A stretch of DNA of 49,440 nt from Chthoniobacteraceae bacterium (GTDB taxonomy: Bacteria; Verrucomicrobiota; Verrucomicrobiia; Chthoniobacterales; Chthoniobacteraceae): contig JBBCKI010000053.1 in assembly GCA_037190965.1 (NCBI GenBank), forward strand, positions 1 to 49,440, read 5' to 3'. Position 1 is the stretch's first letter. Each line of letters opens with the position of its first letter. The position numbers and the translations under genes are program-made. Below, in pieces: positions 19,201 to 27,147 of the stretch. The notes beneath the pieces were generated by a model that did no database searches, was not told where the DNA came from, and saw only the letters and a list, made by a program, of their open reading frames with translations.

Positions 19201-19617
19201 TGAGAAAATCACTTTTGGGCGGGCCTCTTCGGACACGGGCGCTTTCAACTGTTCCCGCATCGCTTCCAGACGCGGCGGCGGCAGATCGTCCCGATGAAAC
19301 CGGGCATTGTGCAAAACGCGCGAGATCGTCATCGCGGCGGCAAGGACGTGCCGACAGTTCGCGGCATAGTTGCAACGCTCGCAAACGCCGTCCAGCTTCC
19401 CATCCGCGTCGATGAACCGCACGACAAACGGCTCCGCAGCGGCGAACTCCGCCTCCAGCAATTTGCCGCTCTGCCCCCAGCAAAACCGCCGGATCGGGTC
19501 CTCCGCAAAGTATGCGGCTGCCGACGCAATCGTCTTCGCCGGAGCCATGGCGTAAATGGCGTTCGGCTTCAGCGCAAGAAGCGCATCGAGCAAAGGCAGG
19601 CGTCCGGCAACGTGCAT
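16273..19617 (-). CDS. SNF2-family helicase with N-terminal SWIM-like zinc finger
   Basis: CERC..NCRH; CLADDMGLGKT, DEAQAIKN, LTGTPLENH, LVFSQF, SLKTGGAGLNL, DPWWNPAVE, RAHRIGQ. Start uncertain (19617 or 19632). Confidence 0.93.
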   Translation of the reverse strand: MHVAGRLPLLDALLALKPNAIYAMAPAKTIASAAAYFAEDPIRRFCWGQSGKLLEAEFAAAEPFVVRFIDADGKLDGVCERCNYAANCRHVLAAAMTISRVLHNARFHRDDLPPPRLEAMREQLKAPVSEEARPKVIFSSDGPGGRFALDYDSGKREASWISAGPSPGMEWLAWQDRQPERVAEAFGQWLSAKPEEVEIEVRSAADTLSFAEVSWRRMRARTELRLEGRAVNVRRVVGSEVGEEAVADFIDLGYGLVVLPSEAVFARVEPHDAWQEASRVLASGTSDTSRPVFSLSAAAFNTEPPAWPAPNFTLLDDEGQPVPARETPCRGLLIAETGGETVRIRLRACDAEGRELPFQPSLNRCFDDYTVLMKSPARRRRLGEGLCRLLRGEEKGEGEVESILLELSRDAAFTSYEMHGEEAMRCLRGLLERFRQMNAGCLLADPASPGKPESRWLACAGLGSSLGEALAVVIELFAGEELLRSKDFSFETGAPGFIRELPKLVEACAQQQIVLRVDDRKVRAAKLNLSVRAIQSGVIDWFELHPEARAGNLAIAREQWGEILRTGRFRADDDTLVSVDEESLNALRRLNGLLDSSVGDAEKVPRLRLFDWVALRAEGVACEVPPEEEAVLASLQNLERIPAQALPLGFCGEMREYQQHGYSWLAFLYRHRFGACLADDMGLGKTIQTIALLAAIVEGGIPSQAPSTSREPHLVVLPPTLLFNWQSEIARFAPGLKVYEYTGQGRSADFAGADVILTTYGLASRDIETLSSIGFDVVVFDEAQAIKNATAARTRALGRLKARFRICLTGTPLENHIGEFHSIMEAAVPGVFGERKRFLEQHEAGLPVLARAKPFLLRRTKERILAELPPKVERDTFFHLSERQKECYTRAVGEVHKEVLAAYGERPAQQAGIIALAALLRLRQICISPAMLSDEMEESSPKLDYLVEQLAALAEEGHAALVFSQFVKALDLVGRVLEKAGLPFLRMDGSTPTARRKELVEAFQSGESPGIFLISLKTGGAGLNLPRASYIYHLDPWWNPAVEAQANARAHRIGQKNGVYVQRLLMHHTVEEKMMALKERKQALFDEVVEHGGAASLNGAPTLTADDFRFLVEM

Positions 19618-19756
19618 CGCGCTATAAAGCAAAGCGCGAGCAGGGAGGAAAACCCAATTTTCACAAGAATGGGAGACCTTGCCTTGGTGGCCTCAACCTA
19701 AAACGGTGATGGTAGGGGATGGGCTGGCGCAAGAGGCTGAGCCGAAGTAGCCCCGG

Positions 19757-19922
19757 TGCGGCAGCACCGGTAGCCCGCTCGCGCCGTCGAGCGCGGGTAT
19801 CGACTTCTTGGCTTCATGAGGGCCGCATCCCAACTTCAGCAGCCTGTCCAGCCGTCCTGCGGGGATGGGCGACAAACGCGACTCTTCATCGATACCCGCG
19901 CTCTCGGCGAGAGCGGGCTACC
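19757..19922. repeat. GTAG-type REP doublet (REPIN family A), copy 2
   Basis: GGTAGcccgctcgcgccgtcgagcgcgggtatcga ... tcgatacccgcgctctcggcgagagcgggCTACC. Confidence 0.88.
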
Positions 19923-19975
19923 TTCGCTCTTCCCCCGAAAACAGCGAATCGCCCCCGATCGATGCCCTTTTTGGT

Positions 19976-21907
19976 TCAATACACCCGGCTTGGGGAACAG
20001 GTGTTGTGGTAGTTCAGAACGAGAGTGTCCCACTCTTCCGAGGGGTAGACCTCGCAACTCTCGCATTCCAGTTCCTCGATGCGTCGTGACGGATCGGCCA
20101 ACCAATCAGCCAGCTTTTCCCGCAGCGTTTCCATCCGGGCCAGGAGCGCGCCGTAGCGACCCTCCAGGATCTCCCAGCCAAACGGTTTGTATTGGGCATG
20201 CCACCGTTCGCGGTCGGCTTTCCATAAGTCTCGCACCTCCCTATGCAGCGTGGGGATCAGCTCCTCGGCAATCCTGCGTAGCGTTGCCGCGTCTCCATTT
20301 CGGTAGGCAGGGCGCAATTGAAGATGCAATGCCGCCTTTCGCGAAAGCACTGCCGCCAGCTTCCCGGCGAAACCGAGCCGCGCATCTTCGGTCTCCGCCG
20401 TTGCCCGCTCCGTGCAAAGCGTGGCGAGTCCGGCGTAGTGCCCGGGGAGCGTCTCCGGAATGTGGCGTTCGAGAAAATTCAGAATCGGGTCATGCCAAAG
20501 CAACCATTTGCTCGGGTTCAACTGGGCTTCGCGCGGGTCCGATGTCCCCGGGATGCAGTCGAGGCGGCTCGCATCGATCCACGCCGCACTGCTGGCCGCG
20601 CAGCTCCCCCGGAAATGTGTCTTCAACGCAGCCTCCGCGTGCTTCGGCGCGTAAGCCATCTCCGCAAAAAACTGGACCGCGGGAAGCGCCGAGAAAAAGT
20701 CGCACTCCGCGCCGTTATCGCCCCACATCGTCACAAAGGCTTCCTTCAACCCGTTCCTGCGGGCCGAGCCCATTCCGGCGCCGATCGTGGCGAAGGAATG
20801 CGGGAGAGCCGCCCAGGAACGATTCCACGTCCAGATTCCGGCGGCGAAAACAGGCTCCTTGCCCATGGCGCGATGGCGGGCAATCCAGTCATCATAAAAC
20901 GCCGTATCGGTGTGATAGTAATCCCAGTAAACCACCTGCACCTCTTCGGAAATCTGTTTCGCGGCGGCTTCGGGAATCTGCGAGCCCCGGTCGTAATATT
21001 GACCCGAGCGCGAGCCGAGCCGGAAGAACATATCGCTCCAGATCATCGGCGTCAGCCCCTCGCGTCGGCAAATCTCCGCCACCCGTTCAAGATGACTGGT
21101 CAAGATTTCAAAAGGCGGCTTCAACCCATTGCGAAACCGATATTGGCCCGACCCGATGCCATGGGCTTCATCCATGCCGATATGAATCCGCTTCGAACGG
21201 AAGGGCGCGGAGGCGGCTGCAATCATTTTTTCCACCAATCTCTCCGCCGCGGCATCTCCCGCAAGAAGGACACCCGCGGTATCCTGCATGGGACGGTAGC
21301 TTGGCCACTGAAGCACTTGCTCGAGATGGCCCAGCGTCTGGATGCATGGGACCACCTCCATCCCGAAAAGCGATGCATAGTCATCAATCGCCGCAAGCTC
21401 CTTCTGAGAATAGCCGCCCCGGAAGTATCCGAAAAGAGGCTCTCCGGGAATCTCATAGGTATCCTCGGTGTAGAGCATCAGCTGGTTGAGCCCCATCAGC
21501 GCAAAATGACGGATCATCTTCTTCACCGCCTCGACGCGCAACACCCCGTTGCGGGAGACATCGACCATGACTCCGAGCGTTTCGAAGGCGCTCTCTTCCG
21601 CATAGTTCTCCAATTCGAGCCCGCTTTCCAGACGCCCCATCACGATCCCCAGGGCACGAAAAGCTTCGCACAGCCGCGAGTAATTAATCTCGACCCCGCC
21701 CGGGACCACCTTCACCGAAAGCCCGCGACTCCGGGGGCAACTCATGAAACGAACCGCAGCCCCTCCCGCAAATCGACCGGGATACGCGCTGACGATCTCG
21801 TCAATCCCCTGCCGAAGAGCCAGATCCTCCGCTTCCGGAAAACGCAATGCAGCAATACCCGCCTCGCGGACGACCGCATCCACCTGATCAAGCAAAGAAC
21901 CCGACAT
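19976..21907 (-). CDS. GH20 beta-N-acetylhexosaminidase (GcnA/HEXDC-like), no signal peptide
   Basis: GVMVDVSRNGV, MLYTEDTYE, PCIQTLGHL, catalytic HIGMDEA, MIWSDMFF, VYWDYYH, TMWGDNGAE. Confidence 0.92.
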   Translation of the reverse strand: MSGSLLDQVDAVVREAGIAALRFPEAEDLALRQGIDEIVSAYPGRFAGGAAVRFMSCPRSRGLSVKVVPGGVEINYSRLCEAFRALGIVMGRLESGLELENYAEESAFETLGVMVDVSRNGVLRVEAVKKMIRHFALMGLNQLMLYTEDTYEIPGEPLFGYFRGGYSQKELAAIDDYASLFGMEVVPCIQTLGHLEQVLQWPSYRPMQDTAGVLLAGDAAAERLVEKMIAAASAPFRSKRIHIGMDEAHGIGSGQYRFRNGLKPPFEILTSHLERVAEICRREGLTPMIWSDMFFRLGSRSGQYYDRGSQIPEAAAKQISEEVQVVYWDYYHTDTAFYDDWIARHRAMGKEPVFAAGIWTWNRSWAALPHSFATIGAGMGSARRNGLKEAFVTMWGDNGAECDFFSALPAVQFFAEMAYAPKHAEAALKTHFRGSCAASSAAWIDASRLDCIPGTSDPREAQLNPSKWLLWHDPILNFLERHIPETLPGHYAGLATLCTERATAETEDARLGFAGKLAAVLSRKAALHLQLRPAYRNGDAATLRRIAEELIPTLHREVRDLWKADRERWHAQYKPFGWEILEGRYGALLARMETLREKLADWLADPSRRIEELECESCEVYPSEEWDTLVLNYHNTCSPSRVY

Positions 21908-21909
21908 CG

Positions 21910-23022
21910 CTACTGATTTTGGACGTTTGACGGCTTCCGGGGTTCGAGCAGTTCCCGAAGCGAGCGGTACGAGTGCAGAAGGACGCCGCCATAAGAAGAC
22001 GATGCGGCGGGAGCTGCCGTCCGCACTTCTTTCAGCACACCCAGAAATGTCTCCGCCTCGACGCCGTAGAACGTAATCCCCGGCTCGTCGTCGAGCTTGC
22101 CGGTTTCAATGGCGGGGTAAACCGGCCTTCCGATCTTCTCGCCATAAGCCATCTCGGCCGCGCAGAGATCGATGATCGAATTGGGCCCGGTCGCCTTCCG
22201 GCGGTATGACATCACGCCGATATAGTCGGAGAGATCCTGAATATGCTCGTGGAAGTTCTTCTTCTCACCGCCAAACTCGATGGCCAGTGCCTCCGGGTGT
22301 TTGTCGTAGAAGCCGGGGATGTCATGCGCCAGGGTCAAGCCAAGCTCCGGCGTAACCTTCGCGCGGATCGCGGAAAGCGTATCCAGCATTTCGCGCATCA
22401 CCCCTTGTTTATCCCCGGATTTCCAACGCGGGTTGAGGTAGGGTTCAATATCGTAGTGAATACCGGAAAACCGTGCGGAGGCAGGCAGTTGCTTCTGAAA
22501 GGCGAGAATGGCATCGAGTTTAGCCAGCGTCTCGGCTCTCCGAATTTCAAGACCCATATCGTGAGCGCCATCGAGCGCTTCCACCTTTACGTTGGCCTCG
22601 CCCGCTTCTTTCAAAAATTCCTGAAAAGCTTCGGCATCGGCAAACTGCCGCGACTCCCCCTCCCCGCTGAACCGTACCTGGACCAGCAAACGGTTGATTC
22701 CATGGCGGCCGCAAAACTCCATCAACTCTTTGCGTTGGGCGGGATTCGAGACACTCTCACGCTGCCAAACCCACATTCCCAGATCGGAGGCATTGGCAGG
22801 CTCCAGGGAGAAGAGGCATGCGAAAATCGGAACGAGACACTTAAGGAATCGCTGATTACATGGAGCATGACGAAAGCGCAGGCAGTTTGGATGGATTTCC
22901 AAGTCGATTTTCCGCAGCCTGTCTGAAGACAGGTGAGGAAAAATCAGGTTGGAAAGCCGCCAAAATGACCAGCTTACGGCGTAGCTCGCTTTAATCAGTG
23001 ATTTCTTAATATTCCATTGCAT
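21910..23022 (-). CDS. Exported GH18-like TIM-barrel protein, paralog A
   Basis: LGMWVW, FSGIHYDIEPY (GH18-like DxE), GVMSYRR, IETG, ITFY, GVLLHSY. Start uncertain (ATG 23022 or TTG 22902). Confidence 0.7.
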   Translation of the reverse strand: MQWNIKKSLIKASYAVSWSFWRLSNLIFPHLSSDRLRKIDLEIHPNCLRFRHAPCNQRFLKCLVPIFACLFSLEPANASDLGMWVWQRESVSNPAQRKELMEFCGRHGINRLLVQVRFSGEGESRQFADAEAFQEFLKEAGEANVKVEALDGAHDMGLEIRRAETLAKLDAILAFQKQLPASARFSGIHYDIEPYLNPRWKSGDKQGVMREMLDTLSAIRAKVTPELGLTLAHDIPGFYDKHPEALAIEFGGEKKNFHEHIQDLSDYIGVMSYRRKATGPNSIIDLCAAEMAYGEKIGRPVYPAIETGKLDDEPGITFYGVEAETFLGVLKEVRTAAPAASSSYGGVLLHSYRSLRELLEPRKPSNVQNQ

Positions 23023-23051
23023 GGAACAATTCCTATCCATATACTTTCCGC

Positions 23052-23672
23052 ATGTCAATCACCCCCGTCTTTTTAAACCGAAGGAACCGCAAAAATCTGT
23101 CACTTACACTGACACTGGCGGCTCTTGGCATCTTCTCAAGCTTCCACATGCCCACCTCATCGATCGCCAACGAGGAACCGATTGAGTCAGTTAAGTTATG
23201 GAATGAAACATTAAAGAATGGCCAATGGCGAGCCTTTGGACTGGGAACCATGGATAGCCAACCAACCGGGAGCAACGGCCTGAAGATAGAAGTCGACTGG
23301 AGCGCGGCTACCTTTGGCGTCGGGGCGGCCTATGAAAAGGGAGAAGGCGATGGCACCGCCCTCCCTCACCTGAGTCAATACCGGAAACTCAACCTCGAAG
23401 CCCGGGCCACCGGTGGCGATCCGCGCACCGTAACCGTGGAATTCGTGATTCGCTCCGCCAGCCAGGGCCGCGAAAAGGCTTTTCGTGCGGCGGGATCGAG
23501 CACCCAGCCGATCACCGAAGAATGGACCCGCGTTGAGTTTGAGGTCCCAAAGGATTTCCCCAACATCCAACCTGCGTTTGACGAGATCAACGCGCTGCGA
23601 ATCATCTTCCCGAAATCCGGCAGCGGACATCGAGGGCAGGTCGAATTTCGCAATGTTGAGCTGAGTCGCTAG
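23052..23672 (+). CDS. Exported carbohydrate-binding-module-like (CBM11/CIA30-like jelly-roll) protein
   Basis: Signal peptide; LKIEVDW, LSQYRKLNLEAR, EWTRVEFEV, G.V.F.NVEL pattern of galactose-binding-like folds. Confidence 0.6.
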   Translation: MSITPVFLNRRNRKNLSLTLTLAALGIFSSFHMPTSSIANEEPIESVKLWNETLKNGQWRAFGLGTMDSQPTGSNGLKIEVDWSAATFGVGAAYEKGEGDGTALPHLSQYRKLNLEARATGGDPRTVTVEFVIRSASQGREKAFRAAGSSTQPITEEWTRVEFEVPKDFPNIQPAFDEINALRIIFPKSGSGHRGQVEFRNVELSR

Positions 23673-23719
23673 TATCGATCACCCCACTTCCCCTCCGCTC
23701 GCCACTCGGCGACGGAGGC

Positions 23720-23875
23720 TTCCTCGTTCCCGAACTCTGTTTGGGAATGCCCGTGTCCTCGAAACTCCAGTTTCGCAACCCTGTCCATTCTGTCACCCTG
23801 CACGACATAAGAAGGCTTTCGAATCAGAGATTCGGGGACATTGGCATTACCAATCTGGAGATTGGTAACGAGGAA
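23720..23875. repeat. Four-hairpin REPIN/MITE (family B), copy 2
   Basis: Perfect 9-bp ends ttcctcgtt/aacgaggaa; same internal hairpins as 16076-16231; between convergent genes. Confidence 0.9.
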
Positions 23876-23954
23876 CGAGGAAAATGTAGAGCTGATCCGT
23901 CAGCGCCAATTACATCTCCGCCGCTCGCTACCGCAGCGGCCGAGGTTGCGATCG

Positions 23955-24902
23955 TTATTCACCTTTCCGATCGAGCAACTCACGTAACGACTCGTAATAG
24001 TGAAGAAACACCCCGCCGTAGGAAGGGGAAGACCGCTTCGCATCCTGAACCTCCTTCAAAACCCCAATAAAGACTTCCGGCGTGGCTCCATAAAAGGTGA
24101 TCTCCGGCTCCTCTTTCAGGCGACCTGTTTCCATTGCTGGATAGACTTTCTTGCCGACCTTCTCCCCGTAAGCAAATTCCGCCGCGCATATTTCGACGAT
24201 CGCTTCCGCCTCGCGGCGGTAGGACATGATCCCGATATAGTCGGAGAGATCCTGGATATGCTGGTGGAAATTCTTCTCCGCGCCCTGAAAGCGGATTGTC
24301 AAAGTGTCGGGATGCCTGTCGTACCACGAGGGGATGTCATAGGCGAGAGTCAACCCGGCAGCAGGCGTCACTTTCTCGCGGATCGCCGCCATCGTCTCCA
24401 GCGTCTCCCGCATGACCCCCTGCTCATCGCCTAATTTCCACCGCTCCCCAAGGTACGGCTCCATGTCATAGTGCAGGCCTGCAAACCGGGCCGAAACGGG
24501 AAGCGCAGCCTGGAAGGCAAGCACCGCATCAAGGCGCTGCAAGGTATCCGCCCGGCATTTCTCCAGACTCATCTCCTTGTGGCCATCGAGAGCCTCGACG
24601 CCGACACCGGCATCGGCGGCCTTTTGCAAAAGATCACGAAGCCCCGCCTGATTTGCCAGCTCTCGACTGCCCGAATCACCGGTAAAGGTGACTTCAACGA
24701 AAATTCGCCCGATTCCGTGCGCGCGGCAGAACTCCAACAGCCTTTCCCGCCCCTTGGAATCCTCCAGATCCTTGTGCAGCCACACCCACATCCCCAACTC
24801 CGAGTGCGGCTTCGCTTCAGCCCTCAGCCCCGGTGCAGGAGAGAGAGACGCCAGCACCGACAATAGATACACGCTCAAGGAAGCCTTAATATTCCATTTC
24901 AT
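23955..24902 (-). CDS. Exported GH18-like TIM-barrel protein, paralog B
   Basis: Signal peptide; LGMWVW, FAGLHYDMEPY, KNFHQHIQDLSDYIGIMSYRR; collinear with 21910-23022. Confidence 0.8.
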   Translation of the reverse strand: MKWNIKASLSVYLLSVLASLSPAPGLRAEAKPHSELGMWVWLHKDLEDSKGRERLLEFCRAHGIGRIFVEVTFTGDSGSRELANQAGLRDLLQKAADAGVGVEALDGHKEMSLEKCRADTLQRLDAVLAFQAALPVSARFAGLHYDMEPYLGERWKLGDEQGVMRETLETMAAIREKVTPAAGLTLAYDIPSWYDRHPDTLTIRFQGAEKNFHQHIQDLSDYIGIMSYRREAEAIVEICAAEFAYGEKVGKKVYPAMETGRLKEEPEITFYGATPEVFIGVLKEVQDAKRSSPSYGGVFLHYYESLRELLDRKGE

Positions 24903-25073
24903 GAACCATTTAATAGAAAATCGAAGGCAATCGTGTCAAATAAAGGAAGTTAAATTAAGTTAATGAACGAATCATCCCACGAAAAAACGTCCTAAAATGC
25001 TCGATAGGCTGGAGAAGGAGCACCCCTCAACGCAAAACAAGGGCCCGCAAACGGCCGGACCACCGCAGTAAAC

Positions 25074-26216
25074 TCAAGCGCTCCGCTGCAAATCAGCCGC
25101 GCCACGCCGCAGCCCAAACTGGCTTGCGAAATGCCGATGCAGCGCGAGAAGCGCGCTACCAAGAACAACCCCGTCCTCCCCCATTCCCGAGCGCAAAATT
25201 TCAAACCGACGATCAGGAACCGGCACCAGACCGTCAATCACCTTGTCGCGCAACATTCCAAACCGCTTCTGCGTGAGCCCGGCATCGTCGCTGCACAATA
25301 CGAGGCAGCCGATATCCAAAAGATTCACGATGCTGGCAATGCTCGCCGCACACGACTGATAGAAGGCATCGATCAACTTGTCGCTTCCTCGGCCGGAAAC
25401 CCCCTCCTCGAACCGGCAGTTCGCCAGAAAGTTACGGTCAATCTCCCCCGCCGCGGAGTTGCAGCCCCGAAAGATTTTCTCCCCGATCACGACTGCCACA
25501 CCGAAAGTATCCGCAGATCCCGGCGCGGAGCGAATCAGATAATAGATGAATGAGTCATTGTCCCGCGCAACCCCTGCGTGATGCTCAGCATAAGCGCCAC
25601 AAGCGACGTCCCGCTCCGCCCATACCGGCGCATTCAAGGCGGCCTGCAACTCCTTGCGCAACGGAAACGAAGCAAGGTGAAGCGAACGCGAAACCAGCAC
25701 CACCCCTTCCTCGCTATTCACGGACCCGGGCACACTAACCCCCAGACCGGCAAAGCGTGCCCGATCCAACCGAAGGCGGCAGGACAACCCCTCAATGCGC
25801 GACGGCACGATCTCCAGCAATTCCTGGATTGAATCCACCGGAGGAATCCCCTCCTGCGCCAGCACATGCCCCATGGCATTCACCAAAATGAGCCGATGCC
25901 CCGCTCTCGTCAGATGCAACCCCGCGCTCCAGGCAACTCCGGGCACCACTTCAAGCTCCATCTCCTTGGGCCCAACCCGCTCTGCCTCGATAGGCTCCCC
26001 TTCACGCACTATCCCCCGCGCTTTCAGATCACGAACTATATTCGACACCGTGGAAGCCTGAAGCCCGGTGGCCGTCGCCAGCCGCCGTTGCGAAACACAT
26101 TTCCTCCGTGCAATCAGCCCCAGAATACGGAGCCGATTGCGATCCGCAGCAGCCTTCTGGGTAAAGACGCCCTCCCCAGCTTCCGTGAAAGGCCACACTC
26201 GATCGAAAAAATCCAT
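25074..26216 (-). CDS. ROK-family (NagC/XylR-like) transcriptional repressor
   Basis: HTH SQRRLATATGLQASTVSNIVRDL; GLGVSVPGSVN; IFRG...AGEI; GSALLA. ATG at 26216. Confidence 0.88.
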   Translation of the reverse strand: MDFFDRVWPFTEAGEGVFTQKAAADRNRLRILGLIARRKCVSQRRLATATGLQASTVSNIVRDLKARGIVREGEPIEAERVGPKEMELEVVPGVAWSAGLHLTRAGHRLILVNAMGHVLAQEGIPPVDSIQELLEIVPSRIEGLSCRLRLDRARFAGLGVSVPGSVNSEEGVVLVSRSLHLASFPLRKELQAALNAPVWAERDVACGAYAEHHAGVARDNDSFIYYLIRSAPGSADTFGVAVVIGEKIFRGCNSAAGEIDRNFLANCRFEEGVSGRGSDKLIDAFYQSCAASIASIVNLLDIGCLVLCSDDAGLTQKRFGMLRDKVIDGLVPVPDRRFEILRSGMGEDGVVLGSALLALHRHFASQFGLRRGAADLQRSA

Positions 26217-26340
26217 AAGCCGAAGTGATACATACCCGATGGCCCGGAAAAAAGAAAAATCGCACAGCCAAAGGCACTCCACGGATACGAAAGCGCCCTT
26301 AAGCCACAAAAACCCTTGCAATCCAAATCCGAATTCCATA

Positions 26341-27078
26341 ATGATTCATCGCATGAACCAATTAAAGCGTCTTCTTCTCGCCGCAGGGGTTTCGGTGCTG
26401 GGTTTTTCTTCGTCGATTGCTCAGGGAGCAACGATCGTCATCGACGACTTCAATAACTACTCCAACTCCACCCTTCTTCAGAATCTCCCCGGAACGAACT
26501 GGAGCCGTTTTGGAAATGCCACGGCAGATGGGATCTATAGTATTGCAGGCGGAGTCGGAGGAACCCGCGGAGCCAATTACCTCGTCAACTACAATACGAC
26601 GACCGCGGTCAACGGTTCGGTGCGTTATACCTACGCCACGCCGCAAAGCTTTGAAGGCAATATCACCTTCAGCCTGGACATCGCCGTTAACACCGTCCGA
26701 CCGGGAACCAAGGTGTTTGCACAGATCGCGAGCAGCGACGCCACCCCCACGATTTTCGAGACGCTCGTTGGGCAAAGCCTTAGCAGCACCAGTTACCAGA
26801 CTTTCACGTTCTCCTTCTCTGCCGAGAATATAAAGTCGATTCAGGGAAGCAAAACGCTCGATCAAGTCGTGGCCGATCTCAAGAGCATCACCTTTCGTTT
26901 CAATAACACCCTAGACACCGGTTCCCAAACCATCAGCTTCGACAATCTGATAGTCACCACCGCCATTCCGGAACCGTCGCTCGCATGGCTTTCGCTGATC
27001 GGCGGAGGACTAGCCATCGGCGCCTCGATCCGCAAACGGCGGACCGGCGTTCAGGATGCCCACCCGTCCACCGTTTGA
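26341..27078 (+). CDS. PEP-CTERM surface protein with CBM-like domain
   Basis: Signal peptide (..IAQG|A); IDDFN...ISFDNL domain; C-terminal IPEPS + hydrophobic helix + RKRR. Confidence 0.88.
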   Translation: MIHRMNQLKRLLLAAGVSVLGFSSSIAQGATIVIDDFNNYSNSTLLQNLPGTNWSRFGNATADGIYSIAGGVGGTRGANYLVNYNTTTAVNGSVRYTYATPQSFEGNITFSLDIAVNTVRPGTKVFAQIASSDATPTIFETLVGQSLSSTSYQTFTFSFSAENIKSIQGSKTLDQVVADLKSITFRFNNTLDTGSQTISFDNLIVTTAIPEPSLAWLSLIGGGLAIGASIRKRRTGVQDAHPSTV

Positions 27079-27147
27079 CACCCCTCTACACCCGTGCCAT
27101 TTTGGATTATTTCATAAGCTGAAATTTTACGCAGCCGGAGAACTGCC

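Noticed and set aside
16273..19632. SNF2 helicase as part of a defence system
   Set aside because: Stand-alone SWIM-SNF2 proteins are widespread; no methylase, nuclease or other defence partner is adjacent.
19816..21916. Long + strand ORFs (557 and 532 aa)
   Set aside because: Antisense shadows of the GH20 gene in GC-rich DNA; no recognisable motifs.
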